In this document: piece by piece, positions 39,095 through 47,901 of the stretch
How the letters are laid out: each line of letters starts with the position of its first letter
How positions within the stretch are numbered: position 1 is the first letter of the stretch
Program-made: the position numbers and the translations under genes
IMG/VR virus record: IMGVR_UViG_3300030107_002792
DNA length: 64,000 nucleotides
Direction: 5' to 3' (one strand)
From: an uncultured virus (IMG/VR IMGVR_UViG_3300030107_002792)
Lineage: Duplodnaviria > Heunggongvirae > Uroviricota > Caudoviricetes > Kyanoviridae
Notes under the pieces: generated by a model
Databases searched by the model: none
What the model saw: the letters and a program-made list of their open reading frames with translations, nothing else
What the model was told of the DNA's origin: nothing

Positions 39095-39702
39095 AAGAGC
39101 ATATAATACCATCTAATAGTTTTATTGCTGGATGGTATATTGAAGATAACGTTTGTGATGGATTGATCTCGTACTTTAATGACAGTCCAGATCAAGGACC
39201 AGGACAAGTTGGGCAAGGAATTAATGAAGAGTATAAAGTTTCAACTGATGTAGCAGTTATACCAAGGGTTAAGGATGAGAGGATACAAATATATCTTGAC
39301 AGGTTAGGAAAAGTATGCGATAATTATACCGAACGTTATCCTTGGAGTTCTACTAATCACAGTTCTTGGGGTTTAAATACCAATTTTAATATACAAAAGT
39401 ATAAACCTGATGAAGGATTTTTTGGTTGGCATACTGAAAGATCAACTTATAAAAATTTAGTAGGAACTAGACATCTAACATTTATGACATATCTAAATGA
39501 TGTAACTGATGGTGGTGAAACTGAATGGTATCATCAAGGTCTAAAGATACAACCACAAAAAGGATTAACTGTCATTTGGCCCTGTGATTGGACACATACA
39601 CATAGAGGTATACCATCACCAACTCAAGTTAAGTATATAACTACAGGGTGGTATACTTATAAGGTACCAGGATTTGATTACACAGAGTTTAATGGAGGTT
39701 AA
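39091..39702 (+). CDS. 2OG-Fe(II) oxygenase
   Basis: WHTE; MTYLNDV..GGET; THTHRG; KYITTGW. Confidence 0.9.
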   Translation: MKEHIIPSNSFIAGWYIEDNVCDGLISYFNDSPDQGPGQVGQGINEEYKVSTDVAVIPRVKDERIQIYLDRLGKVCDNYTERYPWSSTNHSSWGLNTNFNIQKYKPDEGFFGWHTERSTYKNLVGTRHLTFMTYLNDVTDGGETEWYHQGLKIQPQKGLTVIWPCDWTHTHRGIPSPTQVKYITTGWYTYKVPGFDYTEFNGG

Positions 39703-40320
39703 ATGAACTTAAATTACACTTATTGGTATTTTCAGGGCATTATAAAACCTGAGATATGTGATCGTATTATTGATATAGGAAAGGATCTTAATATTAGACA
39801 AGGTGAAGTTAATAGAGCAGATACTAAGGGAACAGACAATTATACTGAAGAGGAGATGAATGATCTCTTAAAGGTTAGAAATTCACATATTTCATGGATA
39901 GATGAACCTTGGGTTCATAATTTAATTAAACCACTCATTCAACAAGCAAATGAGTCAGCAGGTTGGAATTTTCAGTGGGATTATACTGAGAATATGCAGT
40001 TTACCATTTATAATGAAGGACAGTTTTATGAATGGCATCCAGACCAACATCATTATGTGTACGGTGATGATGAACATGAAAATATGAAGGGTAAGTATAG
40101 GAAACTATCATCTACATTACTATTAAATGATCCTAATGAGTTTGAAGGTGGTGATCTTGAATTCCATTATAATAGGAAAGATCAATGTATTGCTAAAGAA
40201 TTGAATACACAAGGATCATTAGTTGTATTCCCATCATTTGTATATCATAGAGTACTACCTGTTACTAAAGGAACAAGGTATTCTCTTGTTAGTTGGAATT
40301 TAGGAGATCCATTCAGATGA
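39703..40320 (+). CDS. 2OG-Fe(II) oxygenase (prolyl-4-hydroxylase/PKHD type)
   Basis: WHPD; RKLS; FEGGDL; FPSFVYHRVLPVTKGTRYSLV. Confidence 0.92.
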   Translation: MNLNYTYWYFQGIIKPEICDRIIDIGKDLNIRQGEVNRADTKGTDNYTEEEMNDLLKVRNSHISWIDEPWVHNLIKPLIQQANESAGWNFQWDYTENMQFTIYNEGQFYEWHPDQHHYVYGDDEHENMKGKYRKLSSTLLLNDPNEFEGGDLEFHYNRKDQCIAKELNTQGSLVVFPSFVYHRVLPVTKGTRYSLVSWNLGDPFR

Positions 40321-40835
40321 TTTATATCTCACAAGTTGTAATACCATGTGAAGAAGAGATTATTCAGTTCTTTAAGGATAATCTTCTTAAAACATATGTC
40401 TGGGATGAAACAAGAGTTCTTAGTATGGATAGAGGTGGTATTGGAGTTAAGACAGAATGTGATACTTATAAAAAGATATATGAATTAGTAAAAGATGTTA
40501 AGAGGAGAGTATACCATGACAATAGATTTTCTGTACTGCAGAATGTAGAGATAGTTAAGTATCCTTGTGGTGCATGTAAGGGATTTCATCACGATAGGGC
40601 AAGACCTACAACAACTGGTGCATCAATTACATATATCAATGATGATTATATTGGTGGGCATACTATAGTTGAAGGTGTAGATGTTCAACCATTATCAGGT
40701 AGGACAGTATATTTTGATGGAATGGAATTTAGACATGGGGTAAGTAATGTTTTGAAACGGGATAGATATACTATATCAATGTGGTATGGTAAAGATAAAT
40801 CTATGCCACTCAATGATGAATTTCTGGAGATTTAA
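40317..40835 (+). CDS. 2OG-Fe(II) oxygenase
   Basis: ATG 40317; FHHD; YINDDYIGG; HGV; RYTISMW. Confidence 0.85.
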   Translation: MIYISQVVIPCEEEIIQFFKDNLLKTYVWDETRVLSMDRGGIGVKTECDTYKKIYELVKDVKRRVYHDNRFSVLQNVEIVKYPCGACKGFHHDRARPTTTGASITYINDDYIGGHTIVEGVDVQPLSGRTVYFDGMEFRHGVSNVLKRDRYTISMWYGKDKSMPLNDEFLEI

Positions 40836-40837
40836 CA

Positions 40838-41314
40838 ATGGAATGTGTAAATGACTTCTTAGATAAGGAATTATTTAAGAAAATACAAGATGATATTTTT
40901 GATAAGGATTCAACTCCTTGGTTTTGTATACCAGATATATCTGGTGAGGGTGAAGAAAAGGATGCTTACTTCTGCCATATGCTTTATGACCAAGAGAGAC
41001 CATGTAGTAATAAGTATTGGATTGCTGAAGCATTGAAGTTTGTTATTAATGCAAGATCATTAATTAGAGTAAAGGTAAATCTATATCCTAGAACAGATAC
41101 TTTAGTTCATCATACACCACATACTGATTATGATTTCGATCATAAAGCAGCAGTATTATCTCTGAATACATGTGATGGACATACTAGCATTAAAGGTATG
41201 AAAGTGGAATCAAGAGCAAATAGAATAGTATTCTTTAATCCTCAAGATCCTCATAATAGTACTAATTGCACTGACCAACAATTTAGAGCAAATATTAATA
41301 TTAATTATTTCTAA
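40838..41314 (+). CDS. 2OG-Fe(II) oxygenase-like protein
   Basis: PHTD; NR.VFF...HNS; R.NININY. Confidence 0.8.
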   Translation: MECVNDFLDKELFKKIQDDIFDKDSTPWFCIPDISGEGEEKDAYFCHMLYDQERPCSNKYWIAEALKFVINARSLIRVKVNLYPRTDTLVHHTPHTDYDFDHKAAVLSLNTCDGHTSIKGMKVESRANRIVFFNPQDPHNSTNCTDQQFRANININYF

Positions 41315-41676
41315 TGCAATTAATTAATCCCAGAGAATTATATACATTTGAACAGTTCTTTGATACTGATATTGAAAAGGTATCATTGACAGATATGGCA
41401 GTATCTATTCAGAATATATTGAAAGATGAGTTTGGGATTGTATGTGAATTAGAACATGCTAGTGAAATATTTGATTGTGAGATAGAGGCACACAATGATT
41501 TTGTATCATGTGTATGTCAAGAGACAGGTAATTTATATCATTACTGTCTTGAAGTTGTTAATCGTGAAGGTAAATTTAAATTTGATTTAAGACCAAAGAA
41601 GATGAGGTTCTTTAGAGCATACGTCTTTAGATGGTCTAATACTATGGAAATAGATAATGTCAAATATATTTTTTGA
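41314..41676 (+). CDS. Hypothetical protein within the oxygenase array
   Basis: 120 aa, translationally coupled on both sides. Confidence 0.6.
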   Translation: MQLINPRELYTFEQFFDTDIEKVSLTDMAVSIQNILKDEFGIVCELEHASEIFDCEIEAHNDFVSCVCQETGNLYHYCLEVVNREGKFKFDLRPKKMRFFRAYVFRWSNTMEIDNVKYIF

Positions 41677-42265
41677 TACACCTTCTGGGTTACCAGTTAT
41701 ATTAATACCTAATTTTTACTCAGATATAGAATTGAGTTCAATATTTGATGAGTTGAGATTTTTATCATCTATTGATAGATTTAAAGATCCAACAGATCCA
41801 GATGGACCTGGTACTGCAATAGCAAATGGTGTAGTATTAAAATCTGGTAAAGGTATGCACTTAGATGTTGTATATAAGGATCGATCTGAGTCTGACATAT
41901 TAAAACTAAATCGTAAGTTGTTTAAGAAAGAGACTACTGATTTATTAGAGTGTTATCACTCTATGTTTAGATATGTAAGAAGATCTAATTCAGATAATAC
42001 TAAACTACATTATTATACTAATGGTGATTACTATAAATCACATGTAGATGATTGTGTTATAACAGCAATTACTTTCTTCTATGAAGAACCAAAAGGATAT
42101 ACTGGTGGTGATTTAATATTAGAACATAGACTTAGAATACCTTGTCTAAATAATTCGCTGGTGGTATTTCCATCAATTATGTGGCATGAAGTCACACCCA
42201 TAGTTATGAAAGACTTTAATCCTGGTATGGGTAGATACTCAATGAGTCAATTCTTGGCAATGTAA
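41657..42265 (+). CDS. 2OG-Fe(II) oxygenase (P4H-like)
   Basis: YKSHVD; GGDL; FPSIMWHEVTP; GRYS. Confidence 0.9.
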   Translation: MSNIFFDTPSGLPVILIPNFYSDIELSSIFDELRFLSSIDRFKDPTDPDGPGTAIANGVVLKSGKGMHLDVVYKDRSESDILKLNRKLFKKETTDLLECYHSMFRYVRRSNSDNTKLHYYTNGDYYKSHVDDCVITAITFFYEEPKGYTGGDLILEHRLRIPCLNNSLVVFPSIMWHEVTPIVMKDFNPGMGRYSMSQFLAM

Positions 42266-42267
42266 TT

Positions 42268-42909
42268 ATGCAAATTATTAACTTTGAAAATGAAGAACCT
42301 AAGACAAGGTTTGCACCTATATTTAATTTTAACATCTATGAGAATAATGTAGATGTAAGGAATATTAAGGATATAATATTATCAAAAGAACAAGAGATTA
42401 TAAACACTAATCCATATACAAGTGATTGGAATACTGGATTAGGATGTAATAGTATGACTTCTAGATCTAATTGTTATAATGTAATTAAATGGAAAGAAGC
42501 ATATTTTTTAAAAGAAGTAATAAGATCATCACATGATAATTTTATAACAACTCTTGGATATGATTGGGAAGATAAAATATATGTTCAATGTTGGGCAAAT
42601 GTTATGAGAAAAGGTGAGAAGATAAAACAACATCAACATTGGACAAGTGAATACACATATCTTGGTGGACATATACAATTAGATGATATAGAAACTAGTA
42701 CTCATTATGTAAATCCATATAATCAAAAGTTATATTCATCCTCAAATGATAAAGGTAAGGTAACACTATTTCCTAATTGGTTGGAACATTATACTGACAC
42801 ATATGATGGTAATGATTTTAGAGTATCAATAGCATTTGACATTATTACTGAGATAGTATATAATGAGGACATTTACGAGGATAGAAAGGAACACTGGGTT
42901 CAATTATGA
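42268..42909 (+). CDS. 2OG-Fe(II) oxygenase (HxH type)
   Basis: CWANV; HQH; LFPNWLEHYT; RVSIAFD. Confidence 0.88.
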   Translation: MQIINFENEEPKTRFAPIFNFNIYENNVDVRNIKDIILSKEQEIINTNPYTSDWNTGLGCNSMTSRSNCYNVIKWKEAYFLKEVIRSSHDNFITTLGYDWEDKIYVQCWANVMRKGEKIKQHQHWTSEYTYLGGHIQLDDIETSTHYVNPYNQKLYSSSNDKGKVTLFPNWLEHYTDTYDGNDFRVSIAFDIITEIVYNEDIYEDRKEHWVQL

Positions 42910-43616
42910 AACTCGAATATATTCGAGATGTAATTGATAATGTAATAGGTGATATACCTTTCATATATGATCTGTCAGTAACTACACCACCACCTGAATT
43001 AGTTACACAAAGAGCACAAGATCATTTTAATAGAGGTAAACCAGAATCATTAAATCAGACTTACCAATTAGATAATACTTGTAAGTCTGTTATTGTATGG
43101 AATGTTTTTAGTCGTGTTGCATATGATTACCACTATAAGAATAACTTCTTACCAGAGATCATTAGACGATTAAATACAATATATGATTATAATTTTGGGT
43201 ATGATGATTACCTATTAAATAGAAAACAGTTTGCTATTAGATCAGGTGCAGCAACATTAGCAAAAACATCATTAGCATTTCATAAAAGATTTGGAATGAA
43301 TTATAAGATTGATCTAATCTTTACTGATGCTAAATTTGATGATACTATTGTTATTGATGGTGAACCTCACTATAGTAATTGTATTGGGTGTGATGCACCT
43401 TGCGAATATAAATGTCCTATGGGATGTACAATGAACTTTGATCTTGTTGATTGGGAGAAGTGTTCTAATTTTGTAGATGTTCCTGAAGCATTTAAAGATC
43501 TTGATAGTATTTGTAGGATATGTCAAGACAGTTGCCCTTATTCACAGGAGTTGACTAAAAGAATCCTCGAAATTAACCCTCGTTACGGAGAACGTATTCA
43601 TGCCACATTTACATAG
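42906..43616 (+). CDS. QueG/reductive-dehalogenase-like 4Fe-4S protein
   Basis: KQFAIRSG...AKTSL...FG....DLIFTD; CIGCDAPCEYKCP; C...CRICQDSCP. Confidence 0.75.
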   Translation: MKLEYIRDVIDNVIGDIPFIYDLSVTTPPPELVTQRAQDHFNRGKPESLNQTYQLDNTCKSVIVWNVFSRVAYDYHYKNNFLPEIIRRLNTIYDYNFGYDDYLLNRKQFAIRSGAATLAKTSLAFHKRFGMNYKIDLIFTDAKFDDTIVIDGEPHYSNCIGCDAPCEYKCPMGCTMNFDLVDWEKCSNFVDVPEAFKDLDSICRICQDSCPYSQELTKRILEINPRYGERIHATFT

Positions 43617-44253
43617 ATGGAATCAACCTAAAGGTAATAATCCATTTGCACCTGAATTTGATATATCTTTATGGGTTGATGAATTACCTGATGTTTTAAT
43701 TGATGAGTTATTAGGTTTAGTTAAGAAACATGAGGAAGAAGGATTATTTGATAATGATAGATGGGAACATTATAATATATTTCAATGGGAAGGGTTTGCT
43801 GTAAAAGAATTACAAGAGATGATACTAACATCTTATGAAGCATTTTGTAATTCTCTACACATAGAGAAAGAAGAAAGAATATGGGTTAGAGGTTGGGTAT
43901 ATCCTCAGAAACCAGAGATAAAAGTTAAACGAAGAATGAATATAGGTAGACACCAACACGCAATGCACGAGAACGCATTTCTAAGTGGTGTGTTAAATAT
44001 GCAAGATCATTTTATTGGTACTGATTATGATATACCTTATGTTGGATGGACAGGTATAGGTAGTAAGAAAGGTAGATTAACACTTGCACCATCATCATTA
44101 CCTCATGCAGTTAAAGCATTAAGATATGAAGATACTGATAGATATACTATTGCATTTGATTTAATAACACAGAAAGGAATGGATCATTTCTGGTTCTCTA
44201 AGTTAGATAAAGATACATCAAAAGATCCTTTGAATTTAGCGATTGAGTTGTGA
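43600..44253 (+). CDS. 2OG-Fe(II) oxygenase (HxH type)
   Basis: HQH...FLSG; PSSLPHAV; RYTIAFD. Confidence 0.85.
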   Translation: MPHLHRWNQPKGNNPFAPEFDISLWVDELPDVLIDELLGLVKKHEEEGLFDNDRWEHYNIFQWEGFAVKELQEMILTSYEAFCNSLHIEKEERIWVRGWVYPQKPEIKVKRRMNIGRHQHAMHENAFLSGVLNMQDHFIGTDYDIPYVGWTGIGSKKGRLTLAPSSLPHAVKALRYEDTDRYTIAFDLITQKGMDHFWFSKLDKDTSKDPLNLAIEL

Positions 44254-44870
44254 ACACACAGTTATTAGATAATGGATTCTTATTAGTTAAGAACTTTGTT
44301 CATGTTGACTTAGCAAATAGTCTGTATCGTGAGTTAGTTGATACTGGTCAGACTAGATTGCATTTCTTAGACAATGAATTTCATGGACCTTGTTATAACT
44401 ATCAGTCACCAAAAGCATCACAAGAGTTATTATTCTATCTCTTACATAACATGGTAGATATAGTTGGAGAATCATTATTTCCAACTTATTCATACATGAG
44501 ATTATATAAACATAATGCTTTTTTAAATCCTCATACAGATAGACCTGCATGTGAGGTATCATTAACTGTACATCTAGGATCAGATAAAGAGTGGGAGTTT
44601 GGTATAAGAAACTATCGTAATAATAATGAGTTTAATGTAGTATTAGATCAAGGAGATGCACTGATATATCTGGGATGTGTAGCACCACACTGGAGAAATG
44701 GTAAGTATAGTGGTGAGAATTTTGCACAGTGTTTTTTACATTACGTTAGAAGTAGAGGTCCAATGTCGTGGTGTATTAATGATATTAATAGATCATTACC
44801 AGAGGGTAATTGGGAGGATGAATTGAAGAAGGAGTATGACAATATACTAGGTGGCACACAACCGTCCTAA
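44250..44870 (+). CDS. 2OG-Fe(II) oxygenase
   Basis: PTYSYMRLY; HTDRPACEVS; GDALIY; HWR; FLHYV. Confidence 0.88.
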   Translation: MNTQLLDNGFLLVKNFVHVDLANSLYRELVDTGQTRLHFLDNEFHGPCYNYQSPKASQELLFYLLHNMVDIVGESLFPTYSYMRLYKHNAFLNPHTDRPACEVSLTVHLGSDKEWEFGIRNYRNNNEFNVVLDQGDALIYLGCVAPHWRNGKYSGENFAQCFLHYVRSRGPMSWCINDINRSLPEGNWEDELKKEYDNILGGTQPS

Positions 44871-44913
44871 TCCCTAAAAATTGTGATAGACTACATGGGT
44901 CACAGTAATTATC

Positions 44914-45168
44914 ATGCCATCTTTTACACTAACATGCACAGATGAAGACTCTACGGTAACAACTAAGGAGTTTAAGTCTGCATACCTACAAGAAGTTGTA
45001 GAAAAAACAGGAGACTTCCTTAGAGGAGTTGGATACTATTTTGATGATTTAACTATCGTTAAAGTAGATGAGGAGACTATTGAAGATGATGATGAATCTT
45101 ATGAGGAGTATGATCCTATTACAAGTACACATTCTATCATTGATCCGTCATACCTTAATAAAGACTAA
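44914..45168 (+). CDS. Early hypothetical acidic protein
   Basis: Follows an early-promoter motif; DFLRGVGY motif. Confidence 0.7.
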   Translation: MPSFTLTCTDEDSTVTTKEFKSAYLQEVVEKTGDFLRGVGYYFDDLTIVKVDEETIEDDDESYEEYDPITSTHSIIDPSYLNKD

Positions 45169-45174
45169 AGATCT

Positions 45175-45216
45175 ATAGGGGATTCGTTGACAGAAATGAG
45201 TCCCCTATGCTAATAT
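45175..45216 (+). promoter_or_regulatory. Hairpin with -35 box in its loop (terminator/promoter unit)
   Basis: ATAGGGGATTC/GAGTCCCCTAT stem; TTGACA 45187-45192; TAATAT 45211-45216. Confidence 0.6.
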
Positions 45217-45251
45217 ATACAGATGTAGTTCAGTAATACTGAAGAGTATCA

Positions 45252-45443
45252 ATGGGTAAGACTTTTCGCCGAGGTGGTAACGAACGAGGTTACTATTCTC
45301 CAGGAAAATCATTACGGGACAAGCGTCAAAAAGGAACAAATCGCACATCTAAATGGGAGGAATCTTATGACTACAATCAACCCAAAGGACATAATCACCC
45401 TAAAAAAAGAGCAACCAACACCGAGGAATTCGGTGATGTTTGA
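45252..45443 (+). CDS. Small basic hypothetical protein
   Basis: MGKTFRRGG...KSLRDKRQ. Confidence 0.65.
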   Translation: MGKTFRRGGNERGYYSPGKSLRDKRQKGTNRTSKWEESYDYNQPKGHNHPKKRATNTEEFGDV

Positions 45444-45527
45444 AGATGATGGGTTAGATTATGAAGATCAGATGTATGATGACGCTTCATTTGATGGAGT
45501 AGAAATTGAGTACACAGCAACATACTA

Positions 45528-45722
45528 ATGAAAGACCAAGGATCAATAGCAGATAACGAGTCCAAAGACCAGAAATGGAACCGAGGACTTGATATTTGTA
45601 TCGAATCAATCCATAAAGCAGATCCCGCTTTGCGTGGATGTGCTCATAATCAGAAGTGTTTCCATGAAATGATGGAAATACGTGATAAAATACTAGAGTA
45701 TACACATTCGTTGAGGAGATGA
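45528..45722 (+). CDS. Hypothetical cyanophage protein
   Basis: KWNRGLD...LRGCAHNQKC. Confidence 0.7.
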   Translation: MKDQGSIADNESKDQKWNRGLDICIESIHKADPALRGCAHNQKCFHEMMEIRDKILEYTHSLRR

Positions 45723-45922
45723 TTGGTCTTTACTCTCAACTATTAAACAAGGATCAAAAAATGATCGTAAAAGATGCTCTAATCATGTATGTCTGTCAAT
45801 TACAGAAACAATACTTTAGAGACAATGTTATTCCTATGGAAGAGTATCAACGTAGGATGGCAGAAATAGACGATCTAACTGACAAATTACACCTTAAGGA
45901 TCTTTATAAACATGACCGTTGA
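45719..45922 (+). CDS. Hypothetical protein
   Basis: GAGGAG SD, ATGA overlap. Confidence 0.65.
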   Translation: MIGLYSQLLNKDQKMIVKDALIMYVCQLQKQYFRDNVIPMEEYQRRMAEIDDLTDKLHLKDLYKHDR

Positions 45923-46556
45923 AATGTTTTCTCCTCGTTGGTATTATAAGGGTAAAATTACCTTAGAAAACCAACAGGAAATTGAACGTAGTTTTTCTGA
46001 GTTTATGGACTTAGAAAAGAACTTTATTAATCCTGATAACATTAATGGTGAACTATTAACATCATATAGTTTACCAACTAATGATACAGCACCTTGGGAA
46101 AGGTGGTTAGAATTTATTAAACCATGTCTATCTGAACTGGTAGAAGAATTAAAACCTAAGAGAGATATAGAAATAGTTCCTCAAGAGGCATGGATTAATC
46201 GTTATCAAAGAGGACACTATCAAGAGTATCATTGTCATTCTGTTCAGCATTGTAATCTTGCAGCAGTATATTTTTATAGATTAGAAGGTGGATGTACTAA
46301 CTTCAAATTCTATAATAATCAACATGCAGCATATAAAGCATGTGGATTAGATGATATGTTTGATATACCAACAGCAGCAACTATAACACCTAAAGTACAA
46401 CAAGGTGATATAATTATATTCCCTGCACATTATCCTCATTTAGTATCACCTAATAAGAGTGATTTTGAACGTGTAACATTTAGTGCAAACTTTGATGTCG
46501 TGCCAGCACGTAATGTGTCACATGGTGCAGTAGGAAAGGACTTAGATCTGATATAA
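45912..46556 (+). CDS. 2OG-Fe(II) oxygenase (HxH type)
   Basis: AWINRY..GHYQEYHCH; IFPAHYPHLV; RVTFSANF. Confidence 0.88.
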   Translation: MTVEMFSPRWYYKGKITLENQQEIERSFSEFMDLEKNFINPDNINGELLTSYSLPTNDTAPWERWLEFIKPCLSELVEELKPKRDIEIVPQEAWINRYQRGHYQEYHCHSVQHCNLAAVYFYRLEGGCTNFKFYNNQHAAYKACGLDDMFDIPTAATITPKVQQGDIIIFPAHYPHLVSPNKSDFERVTFSANFDVVPARNVSHGAVGKDLDLI

Positions 46557-46579
46557 TAGGATTGAGTTCAAAGATAGTT

Positions 46580-47044
46580 ATGAAATTGCGACCAACTAAG
46601 CAAGATGTGATCTTGAATCATACTTATACTTTCGAGTGTGATGCTACATTTGGTACACTATCTCAAGAGAGAGTTTATAAACTATTCACAGATGGTAGGA
46701 GAGCATCAGGATTCTTAGAATTACAATTAGAAGATTGGTTTGAAGGTCTTGAATTTGTAGATGGTAAAGGATATGACCATATCAATCATTTGGTAGAGGG
46801 TCAACTGTATGATGCTAAATGTTTTACTAGACATGGTGCTAAATTCTGTCCTAGTGTTATGTTAGGTGCAGGTAGATCAGTTGATGAAGAGAAACTATGG
46901 GAACATGCTATGGATATGATTTATATCTTTACAGATGTAGTATCATTTCCTGAAGTAAGAGTTAGATTTGTTAAAGGATCTGATCTTACACAATATACAA
47001 ACGGATCAATTCCATTCGGAGATCGTGATGATTTATTTGGATGA
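46580..47044 (+). CDS. Putative PD-(D/E)XK endonuclease
   Basis: Helix Glu (GFLE), then GYDH...LYDAKCF; overlaps the downstream MTase. Confidence 0.6.
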   Translation: MKLRPTKQDVILNHTYTFECDATFGTLSQERVYKLFTDGRRASGFLELQLEDWFEGLEFVDGKGYDHINHLVEGQLYDAKCFTRHGAKFCPSVMLGAGRSVDEEKLWEHAMDMIYIFTDVVSFPEVRVRFVKGSDLTQYTNGSIPFGDRDDLFG

Positions 47045-47816
47045 TTGTATTGATGGTATGAAACAATTAGCAGATCAATCTGTTGATGCTGTTGTTACAT
47101 CACCACCTTATAATTTAAACATTAAGTATAACAAATACAATGATAAAAAACCAAGAGATAAGTATATCTCATGGATAGAAGATGTGTTTGTTGAATGTAA
47201 ACGTGTACTGAAAGATAATGGTCACCTATTTGTTAATATGGGATACTCAAATGTAGATCCTACGATAGGGTTAGAGGTCATGTTTGCAATTAAAAATACA
47301 TATAATTTACAAAATAATATAGTTTGGGTTAAGTCTATTCATGTAAATAACAAGACGAGTGGACATTTTAAACCTATCAATAGTAAACGCTATTTGTGTC
47401 CTACTTGGGAGAATTTGTTTCACTTTACCAAAGATGGTAATGTAGAAATAGATAGACTATCTGTTGGTGTTAAGTATGAATATTATGAAGCAAATATTCG
47501 TGGTAATAATACGATTGAGAACAAACCTAATTTAAGGGACAAAGGTAATACTTGGTTCATACCATATGAGACTATTAATAGTAAAGAATTGCGTGGTAAA
47601 CATCCTGCTACTTTTCCAGTTAAATTAGCAGAGGATTGTATTAAACTAACAGGCATAGATTGTGGTGTAGTTCTTGATCCTTTCATGGGAACAGGTAGTA
47701 CTGGATTAGCAGCAAATAATTTAGGTTGGAGTTACATAGGGTATGAAATAGATGAAGATTATGTTAAGTTTGCTGAAAATAGGATAAATGGAGGGTTGAC
47801 TTCTATATTAAAATGA
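47028..47816 (+). CDS. DNA methyltransferase, N4-C/N6-A, beta class
   Basis: VTSPPY (motif IV); HPATFP; VLDPFMGTGST (motif I); GYEID. Confidence 0.93.
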   Translation: MIYLDDCIDGMKQLADQSVDAVVTSPPYNLNIKYNKYNDKKPRDKYISWIEDVFVECKRVLKDNGHLFVNMGYSNVDPTIGLEVMFAIKNTYNLQNNIVWVKSIHVNNKTSGHFKPINSKRYLCPTWENLFHFTKDGNVEIDRLSVGVKYEYYEANIRGNNTIENKPNLRDKGNTWFIPYETINSKELRGKHPATFPVKLAEDCIKLTGIDCGVVLDPFMGTGSTGLAANNLGWSYIGYEIDEDYVKFAENRINGGLTSILK

Positions 47817-47824
47817 TATATAAT
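47796..47824 (+). promoter_or_regulatory. Sigma70-type promoter
   Basis: TTGACT, 17 nt, TATAAT. Confidence 0.7.
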
Positions 47825-47901
47825 ACTACCAATGAGATTCGTGGAAGTTACACCAAACGGAAGCAATTTCAGAAGTTAAAACAAACTTATCGAGGACTAT
47901 T

